A stretch of DNA of 64,000 nucleotides from Candidatus Eiseniibacteriota bacterium (GTDB taxonomy: Bacteria > Eisenbacteria > RBG-16-71-46). The number at the start of each line of letters is the position of its first letter. Position 1 is the stretch's first letter. Positions 17,725-27,089 of this stretch are shown here, piece by piece. The notes under the pieces were generated by a model. That model saw nothing but the letters and a program-made list of their open reading frames with translations, was not told the DNA's origin and did no database searches. The translations under genes were made by a program, and so were the position numbers. The stretch is from the NCBI GenBank assembly GCA_036507005.1, contig DASXQT010000070.1:18817-82816 (forward strand), read 5' to 3'.

Positions 17725-18501
17725 TCACGCGGGTTGGATGTTGAGCTTGAACTCGCGTTCCGCTGGGACTGCACGCAGCAGTTCGATCTTGGGTTTGCGC
17801 CGCGCCACCAGGTCCTTCACGCGAGCCTCGTCGTCGGGCGACACTCTGCAACCCAAGATGACGCCGTCCAGCGCCCCAGGATCGAACTGGACTGGGCCAA
17901 GGCCCGCGTGCCGCACGATGCGCCACTCGCGCTCGTGCTCCCAGACCTTGGCCTTCATCGCCACCAACAGTTGGGTGCGTCGGAACCCGCTGACGCGGTA
18001 GAAGGCGAAGGCGGGGTAGTCGACCAAGTACGTAAGAGGCATCAGCATGGAGTCGTCCCATCCGACAAGCGATGGAACTCGAAAGCGCAGACAGATGCCC
18101 ATGTGCGAATCCGCGTAATAGGCCCACATTGGAAGGTCGTCGGGGATTTCGCTGAGGCAGGAGACTCCGTAAGTGGCCACTTCTTCACCAATCCTGTCCC
18201 GCATCAGCTTGCGCTCATCATCGGGGGACAGCGTGATGAGGTGATCCACCTGCGCCTGTGTGGCAACGCCCTCTCGCACGCGGCGTTCCCAGAATGCCCG
18301 CTTCTCCTGCTCGGTGCCCTCAGGTGTGGGCCACACGCCGCCGTCGAACGGGTCATTCAGTTTGGCGTAGCTGGAGAAGAAAAGCTCGGATCGCACTGTG
18401 ACGTCGTAGAGACGGCCGAACCCTTCTCCTCGAAGGCTCCTGTAGCGATACAGGTGGTCCAGCAGTTCCACCCGCCTACCCCATTCTGCGAGGGTCGCCA
18501 T
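17725..18501 (-). CDS. DUF2971-family protein
   Basis: LYRYRSL...FFSSYAKLNDPFDG and VSCLSEIPDDLPMWAYYADSHMGICLRF match the two conserved DUF2971 blocks. ATG 18501 is preferred, since 18597 would overlap the upstream gene. Confidence 0.7.
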   Translation of the reverse strand: MATLAEWGRRVELLDHLYRYRSLRGEGFGRLYDVTVRSELFFSSYAKLNDPFDGGVWPTPEGTEQEKRAFWERRVREGVATQAQVDHLITLSPDDERKLMRDRIGEEVATYGVSCLSEIPDDLPMWAYYADSHMGICLRFRVPSLVGWDDSMLMPLTYLVDYPAFAFYRVSGFRRTQLLVAMKAKVWEHEREWRIVRHAGLGPVQFDPGALDGVILGCRVSPDDEARVKDLVARRKPKIELLRAVPAEREFKLNIQPA

Positions 18502-18542
18502 GTCTTCTGGCGTGGCGTGCCCCTCTGTGATGCTCACGGCGT

Positions 18543-19751
18543 CTACTTGCCCTGCACCGGCACGCTCTGCCGATAGCGGGCCTTCACTCCGCCCCACGTC
18601 TCCCGCCGGGCTACGGTCGGGGCGTCCACAACGAGCTTGAGCGCATCAACCCTTGCGTTCCAGATTCGAATCGTTAGATCCAGTCCGCTCCCACTCGCCC
18701 ACTCGGTGGGTATCGGCCGTTCGATCCAACCTTCCCAGTTCGGAGTCCCTGGGAATTCGTCGCTCGGCGACCAACAGGTATGGTAGTCATCGCAGTCTTG
18801 ATCCTGGGAGTTGAATACCCCTGGATAAAGGCGGACAGCGTGCCACAACGGCGAGTACGGGCCCATCTGGAGGTAGAGCCTAAGAGTGAGGGACTTGATC
18901 GCTGAGGTGCCTCCGTAGGGAGCCAGGTCGAAGTTGGCCGCGACGGCGTCGAGGTACCCCTGCGATTGGCCAGTCGCGAAATAGTCAACATACACACACG
19001 GCTCGATTCGCGGGGCGTAGGAGCCGTCGTTCTCTGCAATCTCCGGCAGAATGTTCTGAATCGCAGGGCTCCCGCCGCAGCCGCCATAGTCGTCCTCGAA
19101 CCCCACGGCGTACGTGGGCATTCCGGGGGCAGGCGGGGGCGCCGAGCGCGTGGTCACAACCAGCGTGATCGCGTCCAGCTTTGCGTTCCAAAGCCGCAGC
19201 GAAAGATCGAGATCGTTTCCAGATGCCCAGTAGGAGGGAACCCGGCGCTCAACCCAGCCTTCCCAGCCGTCAGTGCCGGGGAACTCATCGGTCACGGTCC
19301 AGCAAGTGCCCGGATTGTCGCAATCCTCGTCCGTCTGACTGAAAGCGCCGGGGTAGAGTCTGATAGCGTGCCAACTATCGGAATACGTTCCCTTCCGCAG
19401 ATAGACGCGAAGCAGAAGGCTGTCGATTATTGCTCCGTCGCCAACTGGTGACAGGTCGAAATGGAGAGAGACCGCATCGAGGAAACCCTGGGATGCCCCC
19501 GTCGCGAAGTAGTCGTAGACGACGCAGGGCTCCAGCCTCGGTGCGTAGGCTCCGTCGAGGGCAAAGACCTCCGAGGTCACGTCTTGCTGAACAGGGGCGA
19601 CACCGCAGCCTTCGAAGTCGTCCTCGTAACCGATCGCAGATCCGGGTGCTACTTCTGTCGTTGACAACAGGGCAGACGCTGATGCTATGGAAGCCGTCAG
19701 CGCGAGGATGAAGATTCCCGCGCAGACGTAGAAGAATTGTTTGGCGACCAT
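18543..19751 (-). CDS. Secreted protein with two tandem copies of an unnamed ~190-aa Cys-rich domain
   Basis: Signal peptide MVAKQFFYVCAGIFILALTASIASASA. The two halves align along their length (GYEDDFEGCG...EPCVVYDYFATG...DEDCDNPGTCW...LRLWNAKLDAITLVV versus GFEDDYGGCG...EPCVYVDYFATG...DQDCDDYHTCW...IRIWNARVDALKLVV). Confidence 0.65.
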   Translation of the reverse strand: MVAKQFFYVCAGIFILALTASIASASALLSTTEVAPGSAIGYEDDFEGCGVAPVQQDVTSEVFALDGAYAPRLEPCVVYDYFATGASQGFLDAVSLHFDLSPVGDGAIIDSLLLRVYLRKGTYSDSWHAIRLYPGAFSQTDEDCDNPGTCWTVTDEFPGTDGWEGWVERRVPSYWASGNDLDLSLRLWNAKLDAITLVVTTRSAPPPAPGMPTYAVGFEDDYGGCGGSPAIQNILPEIAENDGSYAPRIEPCVYVDYFATGQSQGYLDAVAANFDLAPYGGTSAIKSLTLRLYLQMGPYSPLWHAVRLYPGVFNSQDQDCDDYHTCWSPSDEFPGTPNWEGWIERPIPTEWASGSGLDLTIRIWNARVDALKLVVDAPTVARRETWGGVKARYRQSVPVQGK

Positions 19752-19961
19752 GACGGCCCTCCGAGGTTGTGGACCCGCCTCCGTGGCCAGGTGGAGGCCC
19801 GAGTATACGCCTGCGAGGTTGCGGCCGCTTCGTGCGGCCGCAACACGTAGCTCCTCGCCGCGCATCTCGCAACGGACATCTGATCGCCCGAACTGACCGA
19901 AGACGAGCCCCTCCTTGAGGGGGCTTCTTCGTTCTCGGTATGTGCCGTAAGCTGTGGTCGC

Positions 19962-21266
19962 ATGGCCGCTCTCGACGAACTTCTCAAGGTAGCTCAGGAC
20001 ACGTCGGTTCCGGTGTCGGTGGTTCTTCGCAAGGCCTTCGCGCTGGCATCAACTGCGGGCGACGAACCCTTCAAGATGTGGCTCAACTACGAGCTGAACG
20101 GCTATGGCCCGTCGAAGGACATACCCGACTATCGCCGGCCGAAGGGAATGCTTCTAGCCTACGGTCGCTATGGAGGCATAACGCCCGTGATGTTCCGCGC
20201 CAAGGAGATCGAGCTTGAGGAGCTGATGTGTTGCCCTCCAATTGGGCTCCCCATCACGAAGATCGAGGCGGAACTGGATACGCACAGAGGCGACCGTACG
20301 ATCATGACAACCGCGAATCCCGTGACGATGGAGGCCGTGCGGGAACACTGGGGGGTCGAGTGTGCCGGGATTCAGTACACCGTCGGCGACTTCCAACACC
20401 TTCTGGAGGGTGCTCGCACTCGGATGGTCACCAGTCTCGCCGAACTTCGCAGAGCGCTTCCGGAGGCTTCCATCCCGGACATATCGCGTCGGCCGAGACG
20501 GTCGGCGATTCTGAATCGCGAGTGGTGGCGCGATCAAGTCTTCTCCAAAGTCGTCGCCCAGGTGATCCTTTGGGTGCTTGCCGGTATCGCGACGATCCTC
20601 TTGGCCCTCATCGCAGGCCCATTCAAGAGGCAAACGCAATCCCCGGCGACCCAGCCAGTTCAGTCGGGAGGCGACAGCATTCCTTCGCCAGTCGGTCCGC
20701 CCGTGGGAAAGACAGGCGAGGGAGCGGGAGGGGATCAGCGGTCGCCATCCCGGTCACCGAATAACCCGAGTGGCGGGGCCACGGGCGAGGCGGGCGCTCA
20801 ACACCTCAAGCCTGGGCCGAAGTCGCGTGCTGCCCCGCCCCTGCCTCTCGGCTCTTCTGCTTCGGGCGTCATTGCAGATTCTGCAGCCCAAGAGACCTTG
20901 GACAAGGAGAAGACGCCGGCCGAGATTGTCAGCGCGTGCCGAAGCGACCCTACGGGCGAGAGATCGATGTTCGACCGTTTTTTCAAGGGCAAGAAGATTT
21001 CCGCAGAAGGTTGGAGCGGTCTAGCAAAGGGCGCCCCCTTCTTTTACGACTCGTCCGACGTGTGGTATCTCGAACTCGTCGAGGAGGGCACACATAGCGA
21101 GCTGATGGTGCACGGCGTTCACCAGTCAGCCGTTAAGACGATTCGCAAGGACACGAGGGTCACAGTTCGTGGTCGCCTCGACCGCTATGGATCTCATGCC
21201 GTCCCTCCATTCGTCATTAACGAAGCAGTCATACTTGCCATCGACAGCAAACCCATTAAGCGTTAA
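19962..21266 (+). CDS. AbiTii-like N-terminal domain protein with central TM segment, disordered linker and unknown C-terminal domain
   Basis: MAALDELLKVAQDTSVPVSVVLRKAFALASTAGDEPFKMWLNYELNGYGPSKDIPDYRRP matches my recollection of the AbiTii domain signature (LLRKA..LA....F..W...ELNGY....PDYR). TM segment VVAQVILWVLAGIATILLALIAG. The linker is Pro/Gly/Ser-rich. Confidence 0.55.
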   Translation: MAALDELLKVAQDTSVPVSVVLRKAFALASTAGDEPFKMWLNYELNGYGPSKDIPDYRRPKGMLLAYGRYGGITPVMFRAKEIELEELMCCPPIGLPITKIEAELDTHRGDRTIMTTANPVTMEAVREHWGVECAGIQYTVGDFQHLLEGARTRMVTSLAELRRALPEASIPDISRRPRRSAILNREWWRDQVFSKVVAQVILWVLAGIATILLALIAGPFKRQTQSPATQPVQSGGDSIPSPVGPPVGKTGEGAGGDQRSPSRSPNNPSGGATGEAGAQHLKPGPKSRAAPPLPLGSSASGVIADSAAQETLDKEKTPAEIVSACRSDPTGERSMFDRFFKGKKISAEGWSGLAKGAPFFYDSSDVWYLELVEEGTHSELMVHGVHQSAVKTIRKDTRVTVRGRLDRYGSHAVPPFVINEAVILAIDSKPIKR

Positions 21267-21592
21267 CCGTGCACTCCACGTCCCGGAGACGAGTGCCTTG
21301 AGGTTCTCTACGAGCCAGCCACCCGCCCATTCCTGGGTACAACTCACTTCCGACCCGTGCCTCGTGCAGAGGCGCAATGGTGACGCTGGTCGTCTGGGCG
21401 TGGACGAGCGCGCTGTGTTTCTCGACGATCACGTCGTGCCACTCGGCCACAGCGACCCAGAACGTGCTGAGGGTGTCGAGTTTCCTTGAAAGGAAATGGT
21501 CAGCAAGCCAACGAACCTGGGACCGACGGTCGAGCGCAAGAGAGCCTTCGAGGCCAATCCGCAGCGACACACGCACAAGGAGGCGTAGAGAC

Positions 21593-21940
21593 GTGACCAC
21601 GAAGAAAACCACCAGGAAGAAGCGGGCAACCAGCAACGCCGTGGAGATCCTCCACCGGCGCTACGTCGCCGGCCGACCCAAGCAGGAAGCCGCACTCGAG
21701 GAAGTGCGCCTCAATGCCGCGATTGCCCAGCAGATCTACGACCTTCGCTCCAAGGCCGGCCTGACCCAGAAGCAGCTCGCGAACCTGGTCGGCACCACGC
21801 ACTCGGTCATCTCGCGCTTGGAGGATGCTGACTACGATGGCCACTCGCTGAGCATGCTTCAGCGGATCAGCAGCGCCCTCCGCTACCGGCTGCAGGTTCG
21901 CTTCGTTCCCGCCGGAGCAAGACGCAGGATTCCAGCGTAA
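21593..21940 (+). CDS. XRE-family helix-turn-helix protein (HigA-like antitoxin/regulator)
   Basis: AAGGAGG lies upstream of GTG 21593. IYDLRSKAGLTQKQLANLVGTTHSVISRLEDADYDGHSLSMLQRISSAL is a typical XRE HTH of antitoxin type. No intact partner toxin was found upstream. Confidence 0.7.
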   Translation: MTTKKTTRKKRATSNAVEILHRRYVAGRPKQEAALEEVRLNAAIAQQIYDLRSKAGLTQKQLANLVGTTHSVISRLEDADYDGHSLSMLQRISSALRYRLQVRFVPAGARRRIPA

Positions 21941-22006
21941 CCGCGGGCCGTCACCTTCGCGGAGGGTTGTTTCGGCGCGCGTGCGCGAAGATCTGGGGAT
22001 TTCGAG

Positions 22007-23239
22007 CTACTTCTTCGCCGTCAGCTCGCCCAGCCGCTTGTGCGCGGCCGCAATCGCCTCGCGCGCGGTCTTCTTGTCGTAGAGCGCCTGCTCCACCTCG
22101 TCCTCGATCGCCGCCTCCATCTCGACCCACGCCGGATGGTTGGGCGTGGGGACCGCGGTCTCGAACTGGCGGATCATGACCTGCTGCTCGGGCCGCTCGC
22201 GGTAGTAGGCGAACGTGTCGGCATCGAGCGTGGCGGGCTGGACACTCATCGCCGCCTGGGCCAGCGCCATCGCGTTCTCGGGGCGCACCAGGAAGCGCGC
22301 GAGCGTCAGCGCCGGGCCCTTCTGCTTCGAGCCCGCGAAGCTCACCAGCACCTCGCCGCCCGCGAACGAGGCGTGCGTTCCGCGCTCGGGCTCCGGGCGC
22401 GGCACCAGCGCCACGCCGTAGCGGAGACCGGGCGCGTCCTTGGGGATCGAGCGGAACAGCCACGCCCCCGAGATCTCGAGCCCCAGCCTCCCCTCCTTGA
22501 ACTCGCGGTCCAGCTCGTCCTGGCGGCCGAGCGTGCCGACCTGGCGCAGCTTGAGGTAGAACTCCAGCGCCTCGCGGTTCCGCGCCGAGTCGAACTCGGA
22601 CTTGGTGAGGTCGTCCGACAGCACCCGCCCGCCGTTCCCCCACGCGAACGGCATGAACTTCTTGAACAGCACGTAGCGCTCGCCGACCTGCACCCCGTAG
22701 CCATGGGTCGAGTCGCCGAGCTTCTGGATGCGCTCCGCCGCGTCGTACAGCTCGTCCCAGGTCTCGGGCGCCCGGTTCGAGTCGAGCCCGGCCTGGGCGA
22801 ACAGGGTCTTGTTGTAGAACAGCGCGCGCGTGCCCATCACCCACGGCAGCCCGTAGTGGCGGCCGCCCACCGAGCACAGCTCCCAGCCGCGCAGCCGCGG
22901 CACCAGGTCGTGCACGCTGCGGGTCCAGTCGCTGAGCGAGCCCGCGGCCAGCATGCGCGGGATCCAGGTCGAGCCCAGCTCGCACAGGTCCGGCGGGTTG
23001 CCGGCCGCGACCGCGGCCGTGATCTTCTCGAGCCCGCTCTGCCAGGTGAGCTGCTCCATGCGCACGTGGAGCGCGGGGTTCTCGCGCTCGAACTTCTCGA
23101 CCAGCGGCGTGACCACATCGGTCGGCCAGAACTGCCAGAACACGACCTCCTCGCCGCGCTTGGCCGGCGCGCACCCGAGCGCCAGCGCGAGCGCGGCGAT
23201 CGCGCCGAGCGCGAGGCGCCGCGAAGCTCCGGGGGTCAT
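22007..23239 (-). CDS. ABC transporter extracellular solute-binding protein (family 1, sugar)
   Basis: Lipoprotein signal LALGAIAALALALGC. A family-1 SBP pattern runs throughout. ATG 23239 overlaps the murQ stop (ATGA). Confidence 0.85.
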   Translation of the reverse strand: MTPGASRRLALGAIAALALALGCAPAKRGEEVVFWQFWPTDVVTPLVEKFERENPALHVRMEQLTWQSGLEKITAAVAAGNPPDLCELGSTWIPRMLAAGSLSDWTRSVHDLVPRLRGWELCSVGGRHYGLPWVMGTRALFYNKTLFAQAGLDSNRAPETWDELYDAAERIQKLGDSTHGYGVQVGERYVLFKKFMPFAWGNGGRVLSDDLTKSEFDSARNREALEFYLKLRQVGTLGRQDELDREFKEGRLGLEISGAWLFRSIPKDAPGLRYGVALVPRPEPERGTHASFAGGEVLVSFAGSKQKGPALTLARFLVRPENAMALAQAAMSVQPATLDADTFAYYRERPEQQVMIRQFETAVPTPNHPAWVEMEAAIEDEVEQALYDKKTAREAIAAAHKRLGELTAKK

Positions 23240-24156
23240 TCCCCGTCTCCCAGGGCCGCGCGCACGAAGCCGCCGGCACGCTGGAGGCGCGCTTCGGCCT
23301 CGGCGCGGCCGCAGCCCAGCTTGAGCATCACGATCGCCGTCTTCACGCTCTTGCCCGCCTCGTCGATCGCACGCGCCGCCGCCTCGTAGTCCACGCCCGC
23401 CACCGTCATCACGGTGCGCCGCGAGCGCTCGATCAGCTTCTCGCTGGTCGCCATCAGGTCCACCATCATGTTCTCGTAGACCTTGCCGGTGCGCACGAAG
23501 GCCGCGGTGGTGATCATGTTGAGCACCAGCTTCTGCGCCGTGCCCGCCTTCATGCGGGTCGAGCCCATCAGCACCTCGGGGCCCACCTCGGGGCAGATCG
23601 CCACGTCGATGTCGAGCGCGAACTCGCTGCGCGGCGTGCAGGTCACGTAAGCCGTGCGCGCCCCCAGTCGCTTGGCCACGCGCAGCGCCGCCACCACGAA
23701 GGGCGTGCGGCGGCTCGCGGCGAGGCCGATCACCGTGTCCTTGGGTCCCACCTGCTTCTCGAGGATCGCGCGCTCGCCCTCGTCCTCGCGGTCCTCCGCC
23801 CCTTCGACCGCGTGCACCAGCGCGTCGTACCCGCCGGCGATGATGCCCTGCACCTGCTCGGGATCGGAGCCGAAGGTGGGCGGGCATTCCGAGGCGTCCA
23901 GCACCCCGAGGCGGCCGCTGGTGCCCGCGCCCACGTAGATCAGGCGCCCGCCTTCGCGGAAGGAGGCGATCACCAACTCGACCGCCTTGGCGATCGCCGG
24001 CACCTCCTTGGCCACCGCCGCCTGCACCGCGCGGTCCTCGTCGGAGATGAGCTTGAGGAGCGCCCCGATCTCCAGGCGGTCCAGCTCGGTGGTGCGGGGA
24101 TTGCGCTGCTCGGTGGCGAGGCGGGCGAACTCGTCGAAGCGCGTGCGGTCGCTCAT
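23236..24156 (-). CDS. murQ: N-acetylmuramic acid 6-phosphate etherase
   Basis: TEQRNPRTTELD, the SIS domain GRLIYVGAGTSGRLGVLDASECPPTFG, and LMATSEKLIERS are typical of MurQ. ATG 24156 is preferred over the track start. Confidence 0.9.
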   Translation of the reverse strand: MSDRTRFDEFARLATEQRNPRTTELDRLEIGALLKLISDEDRAVQAAVAKEVPAIAKAVELVIASFREGGRLIYVGAGTSGRLGVLDASECPPTFGSDPEQVQGIIAGGYDALVHAVEGAEDREDEGERAILEKQVGPKDTVIGLAASRRTPFVVAALRVAKRLGARTAYVTCTPRSEFALDIDVAICPEVGPEVLMGSTRMKAGTAQKLVLNMITTAAFVRTGKVYENMMVDLMATSEKLIERSRRTVMTVAGVDYEAAARAIDEAGKSVKTAIVMLKLGCGRAEAEARLQRAGGFVRAALGDGE

Positions 24157-24325
24157 GCGCGGGCGAAGATGCCATGCGGGGCGCGGGGAGCGCAATCGGT
24201 GAATCAGCTGGCTGTACAGAGCAGATGATCTGGCCGGTCTTGGCGAGTGAATGACCGGACCCACGGGGGGTTACTCGGTCTTGCGGGCCCGCACCCCAAA
24301 TCCCGATCCACGGCCGCAAATCGGC

Positions 24326-27088
24326 TCACTCGACCCGAACGCTGTTGGCCAGCCCGAGTTCCTGCAAGATCTGCCGAAGGTCGGCGGCAAGACCTACGGC
24401 ACTCTCGGCCCTCACAGTGACGCAGAACTCCAGGCTGACCTTGAGGTCGGAGCCCGACCGAAGCTTTGGCAGAATCCTCGTCCCCAGGCGGTTCCAAAGC
24501 TCCGGTGGAATCGCGCCCACGAGGCGCAGGGTCTTGGTGGCGGCACCTGGTGCTGGCTCTGGCACAGAGGTGGGGCCAGGCTCCGGCGGTAGTAGTGGCC
24601 CTGCCATCGGACCCGGCTGGGGCACGACCTGAGAACTAGCGGCAAGACCGGCCTTGAGCGCCTCCGCCACAGCCTTTCGTAGCAGGAACACGCCGGCCTC
24701 GAAGGCGACCTCGTCGGGCGCCACGAGCTCCTGGAGCCACACCCGCTCGTAGCTGCCGTCGGGCTTCTGGCCCGAGGCCAGCCCGAACTCTCCGAGTCCA
24801 ACGAACTCGACAATCTTGCTCCGAAGAATCACGTCCGGATCAACAAGCCTCGTGAGCGAGCCGTTGAGGAAGCTCTGCCGCATGCTCGCGAGGGGCCACG
24901 CGCCTGATTGCTTGAGGGCCGGCGGCCAGTTTCGCTCGATGTAGCCCGCGCCCACAGCTTCATTCAGGAGCGCCTGGGACTTGAGCGCGGCGATCACACG
25001 ACCACAGAGCGTCTCATTGCCGCTCGAATGCCCTGCGCCGAGGTCGATCACCTTCAGCCCGTCCGCTTCTTGGCTGTCGGCGAGAACAGCAAACCGGTAG
25101 CCGCCCCAGACCTCATCCTTGGCGGCGTCCTCCGCGTCCTTCATCTTCGCCTGAAGCTCTGCCCGGTCGCTCTTGTCAAATTCACCACCGAGCGTGCCCT
25201 GGGCGACCTCGCGCGCCACGCGCTTCCACGCGAGCCCCAGCTCCGCCTTGTCGCGCAGGTCCCTGCCCGGCTTCTTCAGGCACCAGACGAGCGCTCCCGG
25301 ATAGAGCCGGGGCGATTTTCCGCGCTGGCGTGTCCACTCGGCGAGCTGCGCACGCAACGAGCCGCCTCCCGACCATTCCACCTCCGGATCAGCTATGAGG
25401 AGAGTTAGTTTCGGCGTGTCCGGGATCTCAGCCCCATCGTGCGGAAAGGCCACGACGGGGATGCTGGCGCCGCGTCGGAACTCTTCCTCAACGAGCTTGC
25501 GCATCGCGGGCTTGACCTCGGTTTCCTCGTCGAGCGAAGCGCGCCGGTCGCTCACCACCTTCTTCATGGTCGGCTGGTAGCCGATGCGGAAGCCGTCCGC
25601 GCCCGTCTTGCGGATGAAGTACGACCTGCCTTCGAGAACAATTGCGGCGTTGTCGATTGAAGTCGTGTCAAGCTCGGGCTCGCCGAGCGCGAAGCGCAGC
25701 TCGGGGAGATGCGCGACCTTGTCGGTCTGCCCGCCCGACGACTCGAAGAGGATCGCGGTACCGACGCGCCGGTGGATGTCCCGTAGCGGCCCCTTGGTAT
25801 CCGCGTCGAGTGCCATGCTGTGCGCCTGCTCGCCGGCGATGTCCGTTTCGATCGCGGCGACGAGGCGCGACTCGCCGAGCTGACCCAGTACGACGCTCCG
25901 GAATCCGGGCTCCGCGAGTGGGGCCGATCCAAGCGTGAGGAGCGGCTCCGTACGAGCCTTGCGAAAACCCTCCTGCGCCGCGATCGAGATCCACTGCGCC
26001 AGCATCGCCAGTGTGCCGCGCGTCTGCTGGTACTGGGGCAGCGCCTGCCACTTGCGCTGGAACACCGACAGCGTCGCCGGATGGAACGGGTAGCAGGCCT
26101 CGAAGCGGCGCTGTAGCAACTCGCGCGCTTTGGCCTCGGTCGCGGCCGAGTCCACGGCGGTCCACTCGGGCGGGAGCTGCGCCCGCCGCTCGAAGCACCA
26201 GTCGCCGTAGGCTTTGGCGACGTTCTTCCGAATCTTCTCGCTCCCGAGGTCCTGGAAGAGTCGCCTTCGGACGACTTCGCTGATCTCAGTCTCGTCGTTG
26301 GCGATCAGGTCCTTCGCCACGCGCCGCACGATCTTCGAGATCCTCTCCTGCCACTCCTGATCCCACTCCGTCATCTCGACCTGGCTGCGCGGCAGGCTGA
26401 TCACCGCCGCGCCATGCGTGGTGCCGGTGGTCGCGACCGTCAAGTTCTGGATGAAGGCGTGGAACGATTCGGCGCTGCCGCGGTGGCGGTTCAGGTAGTT
26501 CAGCACCTCATCGAAGAGCAGAAGCACCGGCGCGCCAGCTGCCTGGAAGACCCGCGCGATGGCATCGGTGCCGGGAGGCGTGGCCTTGGCCGCGGAACCA
26601 AGCGCCACGATGCCCTTGTCGCCCGCGAGCTGGCGGGCGATGTCGATCCACGGCGTCTCGCGCCCCGGCTGCGGGTCCCAGGCGTTGCCCACGAACACGG
26701 CGACCTTCGCCTTGGGCACAGAACCTAAGCCCGCTTCGCGCACCAGCTCGGCGACTCCATTGTGGCCGGCCACGGCGTCTCCGTTCTTCACCAGGTGGTA
26801 CAGCGTGGTGAGCGTGTGCGTCTTGCCGCCACCGAACTGGGTGATGAGCGTAAGCACAGGCGACGTGTTGTCGGTTCTCCCGGAGAGCCGGCGCAGCACC
26901 ATGCCCGCGTGCTCGCGTAGGGCGCGCGTGAAGCAGGTGCGCGCGAAGAACTGCGCAGGGTCGCGATAGTCCTCCGGCGCCGTCCCGGCCACGACCTGCT
27001 CGAGGGCGATGGCGAACTCGTCCGGGTTGAACGAGCGGCCTTCGCGCACTTCCTTGCGTGGTGTCGCGACCTTGTACCAGGGTTCCAT
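24326..27088 (-). CDS. DUF499-family P-loop ATPase (BrxC/PglY-like)
   Basis: MEPWYKVATPRKEVREGRSFNPDEFAIALEQVV is a typical DUF499 N-terminus. Walker A is QFGGGKTHTL. 920 aa. It starts 2 nt after the DUF4276 stop. Confidence 0.8.
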   Translation of the reverse strand: MEPWYKVATPRKEVREGRSFNPDEFAIALEQVVAGTAPEDYRDPAQFFARTCFTRALREHAGMVLRRLSGRTDNTSPVLTLITQFGGGKTHTLTTLYHLVKNGDAVAGHNGVAELVREAGLGSVPKAKVAVFVGNAWDPQPGRETPWIDIARQLAGDKGIVALGSAAKATPPGTDAIARVFQAAGAPVLLLFDEVLNYLNRHRGSAESFHAFIQNLTVATTGTTHGAAVISLPRSQVEMTEWDQEWQERISKIVRRVAKDLIANDETEISEVVRRRLFQDLGSEKIRKNVAKAYGDWCFERRAQLPPEWTAVDSAATEAKARELLQRRFEACYPFHPATLSVFQRKWQALPQYQQTRGTLAMLAQWISIAAQEGFRKARTEPLLTLGSAPLAEPGFRSVVLGQLGESRLVAAIETDIAGEQAHSMALDADTKGPLRDIHRRVGTAILFESSGGQTDKVAHLPELRFALGEPELDTTSIDNAAIVLEGRSYFIRKTGADGFRIGYQPTMKKVVSDRRASLDEETEVKPAMRKLVEEEFRRGASIPVVAFPHDGAEIPDTPKLTLLIADPEVEWSGGGSLRAQLAEWTRQRGKSPRLYPGALVWCLKKPGRDLRDKAELGLAWKRVAREVAQGTLGGEFDKSDRAELQAKMKDAEDAAKDEVWGGYRFAVLADSQEADGLKVIDLGAGHSSGNETLCGRVIAALKSQALLNEAVGAGYIERNWPPALKQSGAWPLASMRQSFLNGSLTRLVDPDVILRSKIVEFVGLGEFGLASGQKPDGSYERVWLQELVAPDEVAFEAGVFLLRKAVAEALKAGLAASSQVVPQPGPMAGPLLPPEPGPTSVPEPAPGAATKTLRLVGAIPPELWNRLGTRILPKLRSGSDLKVSLEFCVTVRAESAVGLAADLRQILQELGLANSVRVE

Positions 27089-27089
27089 G

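Noticed and set aside
21256-21636. 126-aa minus-strand ORF between the AbiTii-like gene and the XRE gene, considered as the missing toxin partner.
   Set aside because: It is in the wrong orientation for a HigB/HigA-type pair, overlaps the XRE start and its RBS, has a hydrophobic low-complexity N-terminus and shows no RelE/HigB-like motifs. All three plus frames upstream of the XRE gene also lack a toxin-like ORF.
24229-24262. A hairpin downstream of the DUF499 gene, considered as the operon terminator.
   Set aside because: It has only a 6-bp stem with a 13-nt loop and no T-tract, which is too weak to call.
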